From an uncultured delta proteobacterium (GTDB lineage: Bacteria > Myxococcota > Myxococcia > Myxococcales > Anaeromyxobacteraceae), in NCBI GenBank assembly GCA_963766715.1, contig CAVYBH010000015.1:352001-416000 (forward strand): 64,000 nt of DNA. The letters are read 5' to 3'. Under the pieces are notes generated by a model that was not told where the DNA came from, did no database searches, and was given only the letters and a program-made list of their open reading frames with translations. Below, piece after piece: positions 19,292 to 32,977 of the stretch (positions are counted from its first letter, which is position 1; every line of letters starts with the position of its first letter). Made by a program: the position numbers and the translations under genes.

Positions 19292-20077
19292 CTAGGACGA
19301 GGCCGAGGTATACCGCGCGATCGCCCTCAGCCAAACCACCCGGGCGGAGGCGACGAAGGCGAGCGACCCCGCCAGGGCCACCAGGACGGCGACGGGGCGG
19401 ATCCGGCCGAGCATCGCCTCGGCGGGCAAGGTCGTCATGAGCGCCAGCGGGATCACCACCGTGAAGACGAAGCGCCAGAAGCCGGTGAAGACCGAGACCG
19501 GCCAGCGGGCGGCGTCGAAGATGGAGAGGAAGAGGAACGAGAGGTTGTCCACCTTCACCACGAAGAAGGCGGCCGACACGACCAGGATCCACAGCGAGTA
19601 GAGGACGGCGATGGCCGAGAAGGTGAGCAGCGCCGCCGCCCCGACCGCCGCCGCCGACGGCCAGCGCCCCATCCGGTGGAAGGCCCAGGCCACCACGCCG
19701 ATCCCGGCGGCGACGTCGACCACGTGCCAGGGAGCGAACTTGGCGGTGGAGAGGAGGAACTGCGCGTCGGCGGGCTTGAGCAGCACGAGGTCGAGCGTCC
19801 CCTTGCGGATGTGCTCGACGACGCTGGCGAGCGACGGGTTCACCGCGCCCTCCAGCACCCCCTTCATGGCCAGGAACCAGCCCATCACCACGAGGGCCTG
19901 GTCGAAGTCCCAGCCCGCCACCGAGTCGCGCTTCCCGTAGACCACCAGCAGGGGCACGACCGCCCAGCCCATCCAGAAGAAGGCCATGGCCCCCTGCACC
20001 AGGAAGTCCACGCGGTACTGCATGGAGGTCTGCAGCGAGGCGCGGAACTGGACCGCGAGGAGGCGGAGGTAGCGCAC
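19292..20077 (-). CDS. ABC-2 family permease
   Basis: 261 aa, about 6 TM helices; IRKGTLDLVLLKP. Confidence 0.8.
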   Translation of the reverse strand: MRYLRLLAVQFRASLQTSMQYRVDFLVQGAMAFFWMGWAVVPLLVVYGKRDSVAGWDFDQALVVMGWFLAMKGVLEGAVNPSLASVVEHIRKGTLDLVLLKPADAQFLLSTAKFAPWHVVDVAAGIGVVAWAFHRMGRWPSAAAVGAAALLTFSAIAVLYSLWILVVSAAFFVVKVDNLSFLFLSIFDAARWPVSVFTGFWRFVFTVVIPLALMTTLPAEAMLGRIRPVAVLVALAGSLAFVASARVVWLRAIARYTSASS

Positions 20078-20875
20078 CTATCCTCCGAAGGCGGCGAACC
20101 GCCGCGTGCCCAGGCGCCACATCCCGCCGGCCACCGCGAGCAGCACCAGCACGAAGGCCGACTGGGCGCCGAGCTGGGCCAGCGCCTGCGACCGGGAGAG
20201 CCCCCCGGTCACCAGCTCGACCGGGAAGGCCAGCATGTAGCGGAAGGGCAGGTACCAGGAGACGTCGTTCACCCATCGTGGATAGAGCTCGAGGGGGACC
20301 AGGTACCCGGAGAAGATCCCGAAGAGCCCGAGCCAGACGTCGAAGAGGGAGGTGGCCGACTCGAACCAGAAGGCCAGGCACCCCACCGCCGCCATGGCCA
20401 GGTAGGTGATGAGCCACGCCGAGAAGACCGTGACCGGGAAGAGGGCGAGCAGGAGCGGGTCGTGGGTCACGTGCCGGCCGCCCAGGATCCAGAGGGCGAC
20501 GAGGGCCACCGGCAGGGAGATGGCCAGCCGCACCGGCATGGCCGCCACGTTCTCGGCGGCGTAGGCCACGAGCGGGTGCACCGGGCGCAGCATCCGGAAG
20601 GCCAGCGTCCCCTGGCGGATCTCGAAGTTGAGCTCCCAGACCACCCAGGCGCCGGTCATCAGGCGCACCACCAGCGCGGCCAGGTAGTAGGCGGTGAAGT
20701 CGGCCTGGGTGAAGCGCCCCACCGGCCCGTCGCGCGCCACCGCCGTCCACAGGGCGAGCATGACGAGCGGCATGTTGGTGGAGAGCAGCCAGACCAGGAA
20801 CTCGGCCCGGTAGGCCACCGCCTCGGAGAACCCCACGCGCAGCATCGTGGGGATGGCACGCAGGGTCCGGCGCAT
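20078..20875 (-). CDS. ABC-2 family permease
   Basis: 265 aa, about 6 TM helices; EIRQGTLAFRMLRP, FSGYLVPLELYP, LPFRY. Confidence 0.8.
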   Translation of the reverse strand: MRRTLRAIPTMLRVGFSEAVAYRAEFLVWLLSTNMPLVMLALWTAVARDGPVGRFTQADFTAYYLAALVVRLMTGAWVVWELNFEIRQGTLAFRMLRPVHPLVAYAAENVAAMPVRLAISLPVALVALWILGGRHVTHDPLLLALFPVTVFSAWLITYLAMAAVGCLAFWFESATSLFDVWLGLFGIFSGYLVPLELYPRWVNDVSWYLPFRYMLAFPVELVTGGLSRSQALAQLGAQSAFVLVLLAVAGGMWRLGTRRFAAFGG

Positions 20876-20878
20876 GCC

Positions 20879-22783
<1,905 letters not shown>

Positions 22784-22784
<1 letters not shown>

Positions 22785-23782
22785 TAGTTCTCCGCCTTGG
22801 TCTCCCGGGTCATGAGGTCCACGACGGCCTGCTTGGGGGACAGGTCCTGGTGGAGCACCCGGTAGATGACCTCGGTGATGGGCATCTCGACGTGGAGGCG
22901 ATGGGAGAGCTCGCGCACGGTGCGCGCGGCGGGCACGCCCTCGGCCACCTGGCCCAGCTCGGCCTGGACCTCGGCGAGCGATCGTCCCTTGCCCAGGCCG
23001 AAGCCGACGCGCCGGTTGCGCGACAGGTCGGACGAGCAGGTGAGGACGAGGTCTCCCACGCCGGACAGTCCGGCCAGCGTCAGGGGGTTGGCGCCCTTGC
23101 GAACGGCCAGCCGGGTCACCTCGGCGAGGCCGCGGGTGATGAGGGCGGCCCGGGCGTTGGCCCCGTAGCCGAGGCCGTCGGACATCCCGGCGGCGATGGC
23201 GATGACGTTCTTCACCACGCCGCCGAGCTCGTTCCCGGGGACGTCGTTCGAGGTGTACGGGCGGAACCACCGGGTGTGGAAGGCGTCCTGGACCGACTTG
23301 GTGACCCGGTCCCAGCGCCCCGCGACGGTGATCGCGGTGGGCATCTGCTGCACCACCTCGCGGGCGAAGGACGGCCCGCCGATGTAGGTCAGGTACGGGT
23401 GCATGGCGACCGGCAGCACGTCCTCCAGGACCTCGGCCATCGACATCAGGCTGCCTTCCTCGATGCCCTTCGCCGCCGAGACGACCGCCGTCCCGGCGTG
23501 GAGGTGCCGCTTCGCCTCGATGGCGACCAGGCGCATCACGGCGCTGGGCACGGCGAAGACCACCAGCTCGGCCCCCTCGAGGGCGCGCGCCAGGCTGGCG
23601 CTCGCGCCGAGCGAGGGCGGCAGCTTCATGCCCGGCAGGTAGTGCGGGTTCTCGTGGTTCTTGGCCACGGCGTCGAGAACCGCCGCGTCCCGTCCCCAGA
23701 GGGTGACCGGGTAGCCTTTGCTGGCCAGGACCGACGCCAGGGCCGTTCCCCAGGATCCGGCTCCGAGCACCGTCGAGCGCAT
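22784..23782 (-). CDS. gpsA: NAD(P)H-dependent glycerol-3-phosphate dehydrogenase
   Basis: [35 protein letters not shown]. Confidence 0.95.
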
Positions 23783-23867
23783 GTGTTCCTCCGATCGGGT
23801 TGGAGGGGCAGTTAACCACGGACCGGGCGCCGCGCGCGCGATTCTCCGGGGGTCTGCGTCACGCGTG

Positions 23868-24953
23868 CTAGCCGACGGCGCGCGCCACCAGCGCGTCGAA
23901 CAGGCGGGGAGCCCGTCCCAGCCAGTCCACCGCGGTGCGCCGGAGCCGCGGGCGGCGGGCCATGGAGAGCACCAGCCGGGTCACGGCGGCGTGGCGCCGG
24001 AGGCGGGCCCGGAGCGCCCGCTCCCACGGCAACAGCGATTCCCGCGTCGCGCCCCGGAGCAAGGCGTCCGGCAGGAGCGCGCCGAGGCCCATCGCCTCCT
24101 CGAAGGCCAGCGAGACCCCTTCGCCGGTGATGGCGTCGACGTAGCCGCCCGCGTCGCCGGCCAGGAGGAGCCGGTCGACCACCCGGGTCCGGGCATCCCG
24201 CCCGAAGGGGCCGGCGCCTGCCAGCGCGGAATCGGGGGGGGCTCCCGCGAGCCGGCCGGCCAGCCGCGGGAAGCGGGCGAGCAGCCCGTCGAAATCGGGC
24301 GTCATCCCCTCCTCGAAGAGGAAGGCGAGACCGACCCGGGCCGGTCCGGCCGGGGTCAGGTAGGCCTCGACGCCTCGCGTGAAGTGGACCTCGACGGCGT
24401 CGGTCCAGGGGGCGATGGAGAAGTGACGCCGCAGCCCGAAGCGGCGCGGCCCCCGCACCGGCCGCCCCAGCTCCTCCCGCTCCCGGATGGCCGACGCGAG
24501 CCCGTCGGCGGCGACGAGGAGCCGGCCGCGGATCTCGTCCCCCGCGGCGAGCTGGACCGTCACGCCGTCCGCGTCTCGCCGGTGGGAGGCCACCGCGACG
24601 CCGTCCAGCACCTCGGCCCCGGCCTCCCGGGCCCGCGCGAGCAGGGCGGCGGAGAGCGCCAGGCGGCGAACGCCCATTCCACCGGGCGCCGGCAGGGCCG
24701 CCTCCGCGGACGATCCGTCCTCCTGCACCCAGCGGATGGCCCGGACCGGGGACCACCCGGCCGGATCGAGGTGGGGGAGCACGCCCATCGCGGCGAGGGC
24801 GCGGACGCCGCCCGGCAGGATCCCCTCCCCGCAGGCCTTGTCGGCGGGCAGCGCGCGGCGCTCCAGCACCAGCGCGTCGAGGCCGCGGCGTGCCGCCTCG
24901 ATCCCCACGGCCAGCCCGGCCGGCCCTCCGCCGACGACGATCACGTCGCGCAC
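23868..24953 (-). CDS. FAD-dependent oxidoreductase/monooxygenase of the type III PKS cluster
   Basis: [39 protein letters not shown]. Confidence 0.8.
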   Translation of the reverse strand: MRDVIVVGGGPAGLAVGIEAARRGLDALVLERRALPADKACGEGILPGGVRALAAMGVLPHLDPAGWSPVRAIRWVQEDGSSAEAALPAPGGMGVRRLALSAALLARAREAGAEVLDGVAVASHRRDADGVTVQLAAGDEIRGRLLVAADGLASAIREREELGRPVRGPRRFGLRRHFSIAPWTDAVEVHFTRGVEAYLTPAGPARVGLAFLFEEGMTPDFDGLLARFPRLAGRLAGAPPDSALAGAGPFGRDARTRVVDRLLLAGDAGGYVDAITGEGVSLAFEEAMGLGALLPDALLRGATRESLLPWERALRARLRRHAAVTRLVLSMARRPRLRRTAVDWLGRAPRLFDALVARAVG

Positions 24954-24954
24954 G

Positions 24955-26711
24955 TCACCTCCGGGGTCGCGCGGAGGCGATCCCGCTGCGGACCACCTCC
25001 CACGCCAGCGAGAGGGCATTCACCTTCGTGGAGGGGCCAGCGTGCCGGCCAGGAAGCGGCGCAGCGCCTCGGCGCGGCGCATCTTGCCGCTGGAGGTGCG
25101 CGGCAGGGTCCCCGGCTCGAGGAGGTGGACGGCGTGGACCCGGACGCCGGTGCGCGCGAGCACCGCGGCGCGGACGGCGTCCTCGAGGGCCTCGCTCCCC
25201 TCCCGTCGGCGTCGCGGCCCCGCTCGGCGAGCACGAGCAGCTCCTCCCCCTCGCCGTCCGGGGGCACGTAGCCGAGCGCCACCGCGCACCCCGGGCGCAG
25301 GCCGGGAATCGCGCCCAGGGCGCTCTCGAACTCCTCCGGGGCGTGGTTCGCACCCCGGACGATGACGAGATCCTTGACCCGCCCGTGCACGAAGAGCTCG
25401 CCGCCGGCGTGGAATCCCAGGTCTCCGGTGTCGAGCCAGCCGTCGCGGAGCGCCCGCCCGGTGGCCGCCTCGTCGCCCAGGTAGCCCTGCATCACCGACG
25501 GGCCGCGCACGTGGATGCGCCCCAGCCGGCGCTCGGGCAGCGGCGCGCCGGACTCGTCCCGGACCTCGACCTCCGCGCCCGGAACCGGGCGCCCCACCGA
25601 CACGACCTCGCGGCGGCCGGGCGCCACCTCGCCCGCGGCGAGGCGCTCCGGGTCGAGCCCCTCGGAGAGCGGCGGCCGCCCGGTCGGGCAGAAGGTCACG
25701 GCGAGCGAGGCCTCGGAGAGCCCGTAGACCGGCGTGAGCGCGCCCGGGTCGAGGCCGGCGGGGGCGAAGCGCGCGGCGAAGCGCTGCAGGGTGCCGGCGG
25801 TGACCGGCTCGGCCCCGTCGAGGGCGACGCGCCAGCTGGCGAGCGAGAGGCCCGCGAGGTCCGCGTCGCGCACCCGGTCGGCGGCGTAGGCGTAGGCGAA
25901 GTGGGGCGCGGCCGAGATGGTCCCGCGGTGGCGGCCGATGGCCCGGAGCCAGAGGGCCGGGCGGGCCAGGAAGTGCTCGGGCGGGATGAGCACGAGCGGT
26001 CCCGGGTACCCCACCGCGCCGAGCAGGCATCCGATGAGCCCCATGTCGTGGTAGAGCGGCAGCCAGGAGACCAGCACGTCCTCCCGGGTCGGCCGTACCA
26101 GGACCATGAGTGAATCGACCTGGGAGACCAGGTTGGCGTGCGAGAGGGAGACCGGCTTGGGGTCCACGGTGGAGCCCGAGGAGAACTGGACGAGGGCGAG
26201 ATCGTCCGCGCCGCGCCGCACGCCGGCCTCCGGCCCGGAGACGAGGGAGGCGGCGTCCACGACGCCCAGGTCGAGCCCGGCCCCGGCCTCCGCCACGGCC
26301 CGGCCCAGGATCCGGGACACCGTGCCCGACGTCACCACCACCCGCGCGCCCGAGACCCGGAGCATGCGCGCCGTGGCGGCCAGGTACTCGTCCATGCGCC
26401 CGAGCCGCACCGGCGGGTAGAGCGGCACCGGGACGGCGCCGGCGTGCAGCGCGCCGAAGAAGGCGTCGAGGAAGGCCGGCTCGGTGCGCAGCACGATGGC
26501 CACCCGGTCCCCGGGCCGCACGCCCCTCGCCACGAGAGACCCCGCCGTGCGGCGCGCGCGCCGGTCCACCTCGGCCCAGGAGAGCCGCACCTCCTCCTCC
26601 CGCAGCCCGACGAAGGTGACGCCGCTCGGGTGGCTCGCCGCCGCGGAGAGCATCTCCGTCACCGTCGGATGCGCCGGGGGCGGCAGCCGGGGGCCGGTCG
26701 AGCCGCGTCAC
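24955..26711 (-). CDS. Fatty acyl-AMP ligase (about 3 apparent frameshifts)
   Basis: QFSSGSTVDPK, SWLPLYHDMGLIG, YGLSEA, TGDLGF, GRVKD, LPRTSSGK. Confidence 0.85.
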
Positions 26712-26962
26712 GGGAGGACCTCCGGGGCGGCCCGCGCCACCACCAGCCGGGACAGGTCGGCGAGCGAGCGGGCGGTCGCGGCGTCCTCCTCGGTGAGGAT
26801 GATGCGGAAGCGATCCTCCACCGCCACCACCAGCGAGAGCAGGGCCAGCGAGTCGAGCCGCGCCGACAGCTCCTCGTCGTCGCCGAACTCCATCCGCGCG
26901 TGCAGGTCCTCCTGCACCAGGCGCCGGATCTCGGCGGCGACCCCCTGCTCGGCGGGGCTCAC
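26708..26962 (-). CDS. Acyl carrier protein
   Basis: 84 aa, acidic; LDSLALLSLVVAVEDRF phosphopantetheine site. Confidence 0.85.
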   Translation of the reverse strand: MSPAEQGVAAEIRRLVQEDLHARMEFGDDEELSARLDSLALLSLVVAVEDRFRIILTEEDAATARSLADLSRLVVARAAPEVLP

Positions 26963-27511
26963 GGGACGAACCTCCCCTTCCCCTCGAAGGCGCGCTTCCA
27001 GGCCGGCCCCAGCGCCCGCTCCTCGTCCCGGATCCGGAAGGCCAGGATGATCGCGTTCCCGAGGGTGAAGAAGAGGGCGAGCCGCCACATCCCCCAGGCG
27101 AGCGGGAGGCAGGCCATCTCGATCACCACGGCCAGGTAGTTCGGGTGGCGGAGGAAGCGGTACGGCCCGCCGGTCTCCGGCTTCGTCCCGGGCACCACGA
27201 TGACGCGCGTGCTCCAGCGCTCCCCGAGCGTGCGGATGGCCCACCAGCGCAGGACCTGGGCGGCGACCGCGCCGGCCACGGCGAGCCAGGCCCACGGTCG
27301 GGGGGGGCTCGCGATGCGCGATGGCCCCGAGCGCGAGCGCCGGGAGGAAGACGGCGTGGAACGCCACCATGACCCGGTAGAGCCCCTGGCCGGTCTCCTG
27401 CCCTCCGCGCGCCAGCTGCCGCCGCGAGTTGCGCGCCGAGACGGCGAGCTCGGCGCCCCGCTCGCCGGCGACGAGTCCCAGGAGCACCAGGTAGGCCCAG
27501 AGCGGCGTCAC
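26959..27511 (-). CDS. Isoprenylcysteine carboxyl methyltransferase family (SrsB-like; frameshift near 27300)
   Basis: [36 protein letters not shown]. Confidence 0.8.
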
Positions 27512-27523
27512 GTCACGCTCCCT

Positions 27524-28612
27524 TCACCACTGGAGAAGTACCATCTCGGCGCAGAACCCGGGGCCCATCGCCACCACCAGCCCGCGATCGCCCGGTCGGG
27601 GGTCCCCCGAGGCGAGGAGATCGCCGAGCACGAAGAGCACCGACGCCGACGAGAGGTTGCCCACCTCCTCGAGCGACCGCCAGGAGCGGGCCAGCGCCCC
27701 GTCGGGCAGCTCGAGGGCCGACTGGAAGGCCTCGAGCACCTTGGGCCCGCCGGTGTGGGCGACCCAGTGCGCGACGTCGCGCCGCGAGAGCCCCTGCGAG
27801 GCCAGGAAGTCGTCCACGTCGCGGCCGATGTTCTCCCGGGTGATCCGGGGGACCTCGGCCGAGAGCACGACCTGGAACCCGGTGTCGCGGAAGTCCCAGC
27901 CCATCACCCACTCGGTGTCGGGGTAGAAGGCGGCGCGCGTGGCCACCACCCGGGGGGCCTTGCCGTTCCCTGGACGGGCGCCCCCGGCCAGCACCACCGC
28001 CGCGGCGCCGTCGCCGAAGATCCCGGACGCGACCGCGTTCGCCACCGACAGGTCGTCGCGCTGCAGGGTGAGCGAGCAGAGCTCGACCGAGAGGAGCACC
28101 CCCACGTCCCCCGGAAACCCACGGACCAGGTCGGAGACGCGGGCCAGCCCGGCCGCACCGGCCACGCAGCCCAGGCCGAAGACCGGCACCCGCTTCACGT
28201 CCCGCCGGAGCCCGAGCCGGTTCACCAGCTTGGCGTCGATGGACGGCGTGGCGAGCCCGGTCACCGTCACGAAGACCAGCTGGTCCACGTCGGCCGGCCG
28301 GAGCCCGGCTTCGTCGAGGGCCCGGAGGATCGCCTCCGCGCCCAGCTCCTCGGCCACCCGGATCCAGGCGTCGTTCGACTTCTTGAAGGTGTCGAGCGGC
28401 GGATACTCGGCGAGCGGCAGCGCGAGGTGGCGGCCGCGGACCTTCACCGCCCGGTGGAGGTCGTCGAGCCGATCGACGTTGTGGTGCTGCCGGGCCCAGT
28501 GGGCGCGGAGCGCCGCGGTCAGGGTCTCCTGGTCGGCGTAGTTCGCGGGGAGTGCGCGGCCGACGGAGAGGATGGCCGGGACAGGAGCTGGACGAGCGGA
28601 GGGTTCGGGCAC
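27524..28612 (-). CDS. Type III polyketide synthase
   Basis: Cys-His-Asn triad: [34 protein letters not shown]. Confidence 0.9.
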   Translation of the reverse strand: MPEPSARPAPVPAILSVGRALPANYADQETLTAALRAHWARQHHNVDRLDDLHRAVKVRGRHLALPLAEYPPLDTFKKSNDAWIRVAEELGAEAILRALDEAGLRPADVDQLVFVTVTGLATPSIDAKLVNRLGLRRDVKRVPVFGLGCVAGAAGLARVSDLVRGFPGDVGVLLSVELCSLTLQRDDLSVANAVASGIFGDGAAAVVLAGGARPGNGKAPRVVATRAAFYPDTEWVMGWDFRDTGFQVVLSAEVPRITRENIGRDVDDFLASQGLSRRDVAHWVAHTGGPKVLEAFQSALELPDGALARSWRSLEEVGNLSSASVLFVLGDLLASGDPRPGDRGLVVAMGPGFCAEMVLLQW

Positions 28613-28729
28613 ATCCCTGGACTAATCGACCGTTCACGGCGGCGCCCCGCGAGGAGCCGGAGCGACCCGTCTCGGGGCCCCCCATTCCGGCACTTGCCTC
28701 GTCCAACCAAGGCCTTACCTTCGTTCTTC

Positions 28730-31366
28730 ATGCGACCCGACAAGCTGACGGTGAAGGCCCAGGAAGTCCTCCAGGAGGCCCAGGCCCTGGCGCGCAAGCG
28801 CGAGCACCAGGCCATCGACCTCGAGCACCTCCTGCTCGCCCTCCTCCACCAGCAGGAGGGCGTCGCGAAGCCCCTGCTCGAGCGGATCGGCGCCAACGCC
28901 GGCCAGATCGAGAGCCGTCTCGAGGACGAGCTCCGTTCCGTGCCCAAGGTCCACGGCGGCGGGGAGCCCTACTTCGGCAACCGGCTCCAGAAGCTCCTCG
29001 ACCGGGCCGAGGAGGAGGCCAAGCGCCTGAAGGACGAGTACGTCTCCACCGAGCACCTGCTCGCCGCGGCCGCCGAGGACAAGAGCCCGCCGGGCGAGGC
29101 CCTTCGCAGCGCCGGGGCCAGCGCCGACCGGCTCCGGGGCGCCATCAAGGAGATGCGCGCCGGGGCGCGCGTGACCAGCCCCGAGGCGGAGAGCCAGTAC
29201 CGCGCCCTCGAGAAGTACACGAAGGACCTCACCGAGGAGGCCCGCAAGGGCAAGCTCGACCCGGTGGTCGGTCGCGACGAGGAGATCCGCCGCACCATCC
29301 AGATCCTCTCCCGCCGCACCAAGAACAACCCCGTGCTGGTGGGCGACCCCGGCGTGGGCAAGACCGCCATCGTGGAGGGGCTGGCCCGCCGCATCGTCGA
29401 CGGGGACGTGCCGGAGGGGCTGAAGAACAAGAAGATCCTCTCGCTCGACATGGGCACCCTCGTGGCCGGCGCCAAGTTCCGCGGCGAGTTCGAGGAGCGG
29501 CTCAAGTCGGTGATGAAGGAGGTGATCGCCTCCGAGGGGCAGATCGTCCTCTTCATCGACGAGATGCACACCATCGTGGGCGCGGGCGCCGCCGAGGGGG
29601 CGATGGACGCCGGCAACCTGCTCAAGCCGGCGCTGGCGCGGGGCGAGCTCCACGCCATCGGCGCCACCACGGTGAACGAGTACCGCAAGCACATCGAGAA
29701 GGACCCGGCCCTCGAGCGGCGCTTCCAGCCGGTGTTCGTGGGCGAGCCGTCGGTGGAGGACACCGTCTCCATCCTGCGCGGCCTCAAGGAGCGCTACGAG
29801 GTCCACCACAAGGTGCGCATCCAGGACGCCGCGCTCGTGGACGCCGCGCGCCTCTCCAACCGCTACATCACCGACCGCTTCCTTCCGGACAAGGCCATCG
29901 ACCTGGTCGACGAGGCCTCCAGCCGGCTGCGCATCGAGATCGACTCGATGCCCACCGAGGTGGACGAGATCCGCCGGCGCATCGCCCAGCTGGAGATCGA
30001 GAAGCAGGGGCTCCGGAAGGAGAAGGACGACGCCTCCCGGCGGCGCCTCACCGACGTGGAGAAGGAGATCGCCGGGCTGAACGAGGAGTTCAGCCGGCTG
30101 AAGAGCCGCTGGGACCGGGAGAAGGGGTTCATCCAGAAGCTCTCCACGCTGCGGGCCGACCTCGAGTCGGTGAAGAACGAGCAGGCCGACGCCGAGCGGA
30201 AGGCCGACTTCAACAAGGCCGCCGAGATCAAGTTCGGCAAGCTCCCCGCCGTGCAGGCCGAGATCGACAAGATCCAGAAGGAGCTGGCCGAGGCCCAGAA
30301 GGGCGGCGCCATGCTCCGCGAGGAGGTCACGCCCGAGGAGATCGCCGAGGTGGTCTCCAAGTGGACCGGCATCCCGGTGTCCAAGCTCATGGAGGGGCAG
30401 AAGGAGAAGCTCCTCTCCATGGAGAAGCGGCTCGCCGAGCGGGTCATCGGCCAGGAGCTGGCGGTGCAGGTGGTGTCGGCGGCCGTGCGCCGCGCCCGCT
30501 CGGGCATGCAGGACCCCAACCGCCCCATCGGCTCGTTCATCTTCCTGGGGCCCACCGGGGTCGGGAAGACCGAGACCGCCCGCGCGCTCGCCGAGTTCCT
30601 CTTCGACGACGACGACGCGATGATCCGCATCGACATGTCCGAGTACATGGAGAAGCACGCCGTCTCGCGCCTCATCGGCGCCCCTCCGGGCTACGTGGGC
30701 TACGAGGAGGGCGGCCAGCTCACCGAGGCGGTGCGGCGCCGCCCCTACTCGGTGGTGCTCTTCGACGAGATCGAGAAGGCGCACCGCGACGTCTTCAACG
30801 TGTTCCTGCAGATCCTCGACGACGGGCGGCTCACCGACGGGCAGGGGCGCACGGTCGACTTCCGCAACTCCGTGCTCATCATGACCTCCAACGTCGGCTC
30901 CGAGCACATCATGAGGCTCGGGGCGCGCAAGGACTCCGAGAAGGAGATGCGCGAGGCGGCCATGGAGGCCCTGCGCGCCGAGTTCAAGCCGGAGTTCCTG
31001 AACCGCGTCGACGACGTGGTGGTCTTCCGGCCGCTCTCCCGCGAGGACCTCTCCCACATCGTGGAGATCCAGCTCGGACGGCTGCGGAAGCTGCTCGCCG
31101 AGAAGCAGATCACCCTCGAGCTCGGCGAGAAGGGGCGCGAGGCGGTGGCCGACGCCGGCTACGACCCGGTCTACGGCGCGCGTCCCCTCAAGCGGGCCAT
31201 CCAGCGCATGATCCAGGACCCGCTCTCGAACCGGCTCCTCTCCGGCGAGTTCGCGCCCGGCGACCACATCGTGGTCGACGAGGGCAAGGACGGCGGCCTC
31301 GACTTCAGGAAGGGGACCCGTCCCCCGGAGACGCCGAAGAAGGAGGAGAAGAAGAAGGGGAAGTGA
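28730..31366 (+). CDS. clpB: ATP-dependent chaperone ClpB
   Basis: 878 aa; two AAA+ modules ([16 protein letters not shown]), long coiled-coil middle domain, YGARPLKR. Confidence 0.95.
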   Translation: MRPDKLTVKAQEVLQEAQALARKREHQAIDLEHLLLALLHQQEGVAKPLLERIGANAGQIESRLEDELRSVPKVHGGGEPYFGNRLQKLLDRAEEEAKRLKDEYVSTEHLLAAAAEDKSPPGEALRSAGASADRLRGAIKEMRAGARVTSPEAESQYRALEKYTKDLTEEARKGKLDPVVGRDEEIRRTIQILSRRTKNNPVLVGDPGVGKTAIVEGLARRIVDGDVPEGLKNKKILSLDMGTLVAGAKFRGEFEERLKSVMKEVIASEGQIVLFIDEMHTIVGAGAAEGAMDAGNLLKPALARGELHAIGATTVNEYRKHIEKDPALERRFQPVFVGEPSVEDTVSILRGLKERYEVHHKVRIQDAALVDAARLSNRYITDRFLPDKAIDLVDEASSRLRIEIDSMPTEVDEIRRRIAQLEIEKQGLRKEKDDASRRRLTDVEKEIAGLNEEFSRLKSRWDREKGFIQKLSTLRADLESVKNEQADAERKADFNKAAEIKFGKLPAVQAEIDKIQKELAEAQKGGAMLREEVTPEEIAEVVSKWTGIPVSKLMEGQKEKLLSMEKRLAERVIGQELAVQVVSAAVRRARSGMQDPNRPIGSFIFLGPTGVGKTETARALAEFLFDDDDAMIRIDMSEYMEKHAVSRLIGAPPGYVGYEEGGQLTEAVRRRPYSVVLFDEIEKAHRDVFNVFLQILDDGRLTDGQGRTVDFRNSVLIMTSNVGSEHIMRLGARKDSEKEMREAAMEALRAEFKPEFLNRVDDVVVFRPLSREDLSHIVEIQLGRLRKLLAEKQITLELGEKGREAVADAGYDPVYGARPLKRAIQRMIQDPLSNRLLSGEFAPGDHIVVDEGKDGGLDFRKGTRPPETPKKEEKKKGK

Positions 31367-32225
31367 CGGGGACGGCGAAGGGCGCGAGCGGCTCCTGGAA
31401 GGCCCGCCAGAGGGTCTCCGGGACCGCCACCCGGCGCCCCTCCAGCATCGAGCGCAGCTGCATGGCGTTGGCCGCCTCCTGCCCCCGGAAGTGGTTGTTC
31501 GTCACCACGTAGACGTCCGTCACCCCGGGTGAATCGGCGATCTCGCGGGCCCGCTCCGCCCAGGGGCGCAGCTCCTCGGCCGCGTACAGGTAGTCGTACC
31601 GCTCGTCGCGGGTGGCCCCGGCGCGGAACCAGTCCTTCGCGTTCCTCCCGTGGATGCGGACGTAGCCGACCTGCGCGGTGGCCACCGCCGACGGCGCGAG
31701 CGAGTTCCGGAAGAGCGGCTGGTCGAGGTTGACGAAGCCGATGCCCTGGGCGGCCAGCGAGGCGTACAGCTCGGGGACGTTCCAGGAGGCGTGCCGGACC
31801 TCGATCACGAGCGGCAGCCCGCGAAAGGCGGCGGTGACGTCGCGCAGCCACTCCCGGCTCGCCTCGTCCCGCTTGAACGACCAGGGGAACTGGAGGAGCG
31901 CCGCCCCCAGCCGGCCGGCCTCGAGCAGGAGGTCCAGCGCCGCGCGCGCGTCGCGGACGTCGTCCGCGGTGAAGGCCTGCCGCTCGTGGGTGAAGCGCCG
32001 CCAGACCTTGGCGGTGAAGCGGAAGTCCGGGCGACCGGAGACGCGGTCGATCCAGGAGCGGACCGCCTTCGCGGCGGCGGGCCGGTAGAAGGTGGAGTTC
32101 ACCTCCACGACCTGGAACCAGCCGGAGAGCCACTCGAGCGGGTCGAAGCCTCGCGGGCGCGGGACCGGATACACCGGCCCCCACCAGTCGTCGTAATCCC
32201 AGCCGGCGACTCCCACCCGGATCAT
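31305..32225 (-). CDS. DUF72 family protein
   Basis: [50 protein letters not shown]. Confidence 0.85.
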   Translation of the reverse strand: MIRVGVAGWDYDDWWGPVYPVPRPRGFDPLEWLSGWFQVVEVNSTFYRPAAAKAVRSWIDRVSGRPDFRFTAKVWRRFTHERQAFTADDVRDARAALDLLLEAGRLGAALLQFPWSFKRDEASREWLRDVTAAFRGLPLVIEVRHASWNVPELYASLAAQGIGFVNLDQPLFRNSLAPSAVATAQVGYVRIHGRNAKDWFRAGATRDERYDYLYAAEELRPWAERAREIADSPGVTDVYVVTNNHFRGQEAANAMQLRSMLEGRRVAVPETLWRAFQEPLAPFAVPVTSPSSSPPSSASPGDGSPS

Positions 32226-32243
32226 CGACGCACCCCGACGGCG

Positions 32244-32283
32244 AAACGAAGAAGGGCCGGCTGCGTGGGCAGCCGACCCTTCG
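32244..32283 (-). terminator. Rho-independent terminator
   Basis: GAAGGGTCGGCTGC-CCAC-GCAGCCGGCCCTTC followed by TTCGTTT. Confidence 0.7.
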
Positions 32284-32306
32284 AAACTACCTGAGAAGGC
32301 AGTCGA

Positions 32307-32567
32307 CTACTTGGGCTGCGGCTCCTGCGAGGTGCCGGTGCCGGGCGGGACGGTCTTCTTCGACTTCTTCTTCTTGTCGGTCTTGGCGGGGGCAGCGGCC
32401 TTGTCGGCGGGCTTGGCAGCGGCGGCCGGAGCAGCGGCCGGGGCGGCGGGAGCAGCCGGGGCAGCGGCGGCCGGCTTGGCGGCAGGCGCCGGAGCAGCGG
32501 CGGGAGCCTGGGCGAGGACCGGGAGGGCGAAGGCAACGGCGACGAGAGCGCTGAGGATCTTCTTCAT
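32307..32567 (-). CDS. Small secreted Ala/Pro-rich protein with Lys-rich tail
   Basis: AAGGAG then MKKILSALVAVAFALPVLA|QAPAAAPAPAAKP...KTDKKKKSKK; 86 aa. Confidence 0.75.
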   Translation of the reverse strand: MKKILSALVAVAFALPVLAQAPAAAPAPAAKPAAAAPAAPAAPAAAPAAAAKPADKAAAPAKTDKKKKSKKTVPPGTGTSQEPQPK

Positions 32568-32630
32568 TTCGTGGATCTCCTTGCGGCGGGGGTGGTCTCT
32601 TTGGCGGGAGGCCCGTTCAGGGAGGGGTGT

Positions 32631-32647
32631 AGCAGCGGTTGTGCCAA
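32631..32647 (-). promoter_or_regulatory. sigma54 (-24/-12) promoter
   Basis: TTGGCACAACCGCTGCT, GG-N10-GC spacing. Confidence 0.7.
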
Positions 32648-32675
32648 CGCAGCCCCGGGCGTCGACTGCACGCAA

Positions 32676-32688
32676 TATCAAGGACTTG
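32676..32688 (+). promoter_or_regulatory. IHF binding site
   Basis: TATCAAGGACTTG matches WATCAANNNNTTR, about 30 bp upstream of the -24 box. Confidence 0.6.
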
Positions 32689-32951
32689 CATCGATCGAGG
32701 CGTCGGGCGAGGCGGCGCCTAACCGCGGAGAACCGCGACACCCCCCTGCGGACATGGGTAAGAGTGCCCCGCCCGTCCGCCGAGAGCTGCAGTGCCCGGT
32801 CGAACGGCGCCTGCTCCGAGGCGCCGGACCGGGGTCGCCGGGTGGGGCACGGAGGGACGGCTGCCCCGTTTCTCCCCGGCGCCTGCCGGGATCCCAGGCA
32901 GGTCGATCCGTCAACAGGTGGAATTCACGGGGTTTCCCTCGATCGCGGATT

Positions 32952-32967
32952 CGGCACGGCGCCTGCC
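32952..32967 (+). promoter_or_regulatory. Putative sigma54 promoter (divergent)
   Basis: CGGCACGGCGCCTGCC, GG-N10-GC spacing. Confidence 0.5.
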
Positions 32968-32977
32968 TACAGACTCG

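Noticed and set aside
26708..27511. Methyltransferase-ACP fusion ORF
   Set aside because: Artefact of the indel near 27300; the methyltransferase ends at 26959 with a GTGA overlap onto the ACP start.
28620..28729. CIRCE heat-shock operator before clpB
   Set aside because: No TTAGCACTC-N9-GAGTGCTAA match.
31305..31366. 62-nt convergent overlap of clpB and the DUF72 gene as antisense regulation
   Set aside because: It involves only low-complexity tails; such overlaps are common in GC-rich genomes and may be indel-related.
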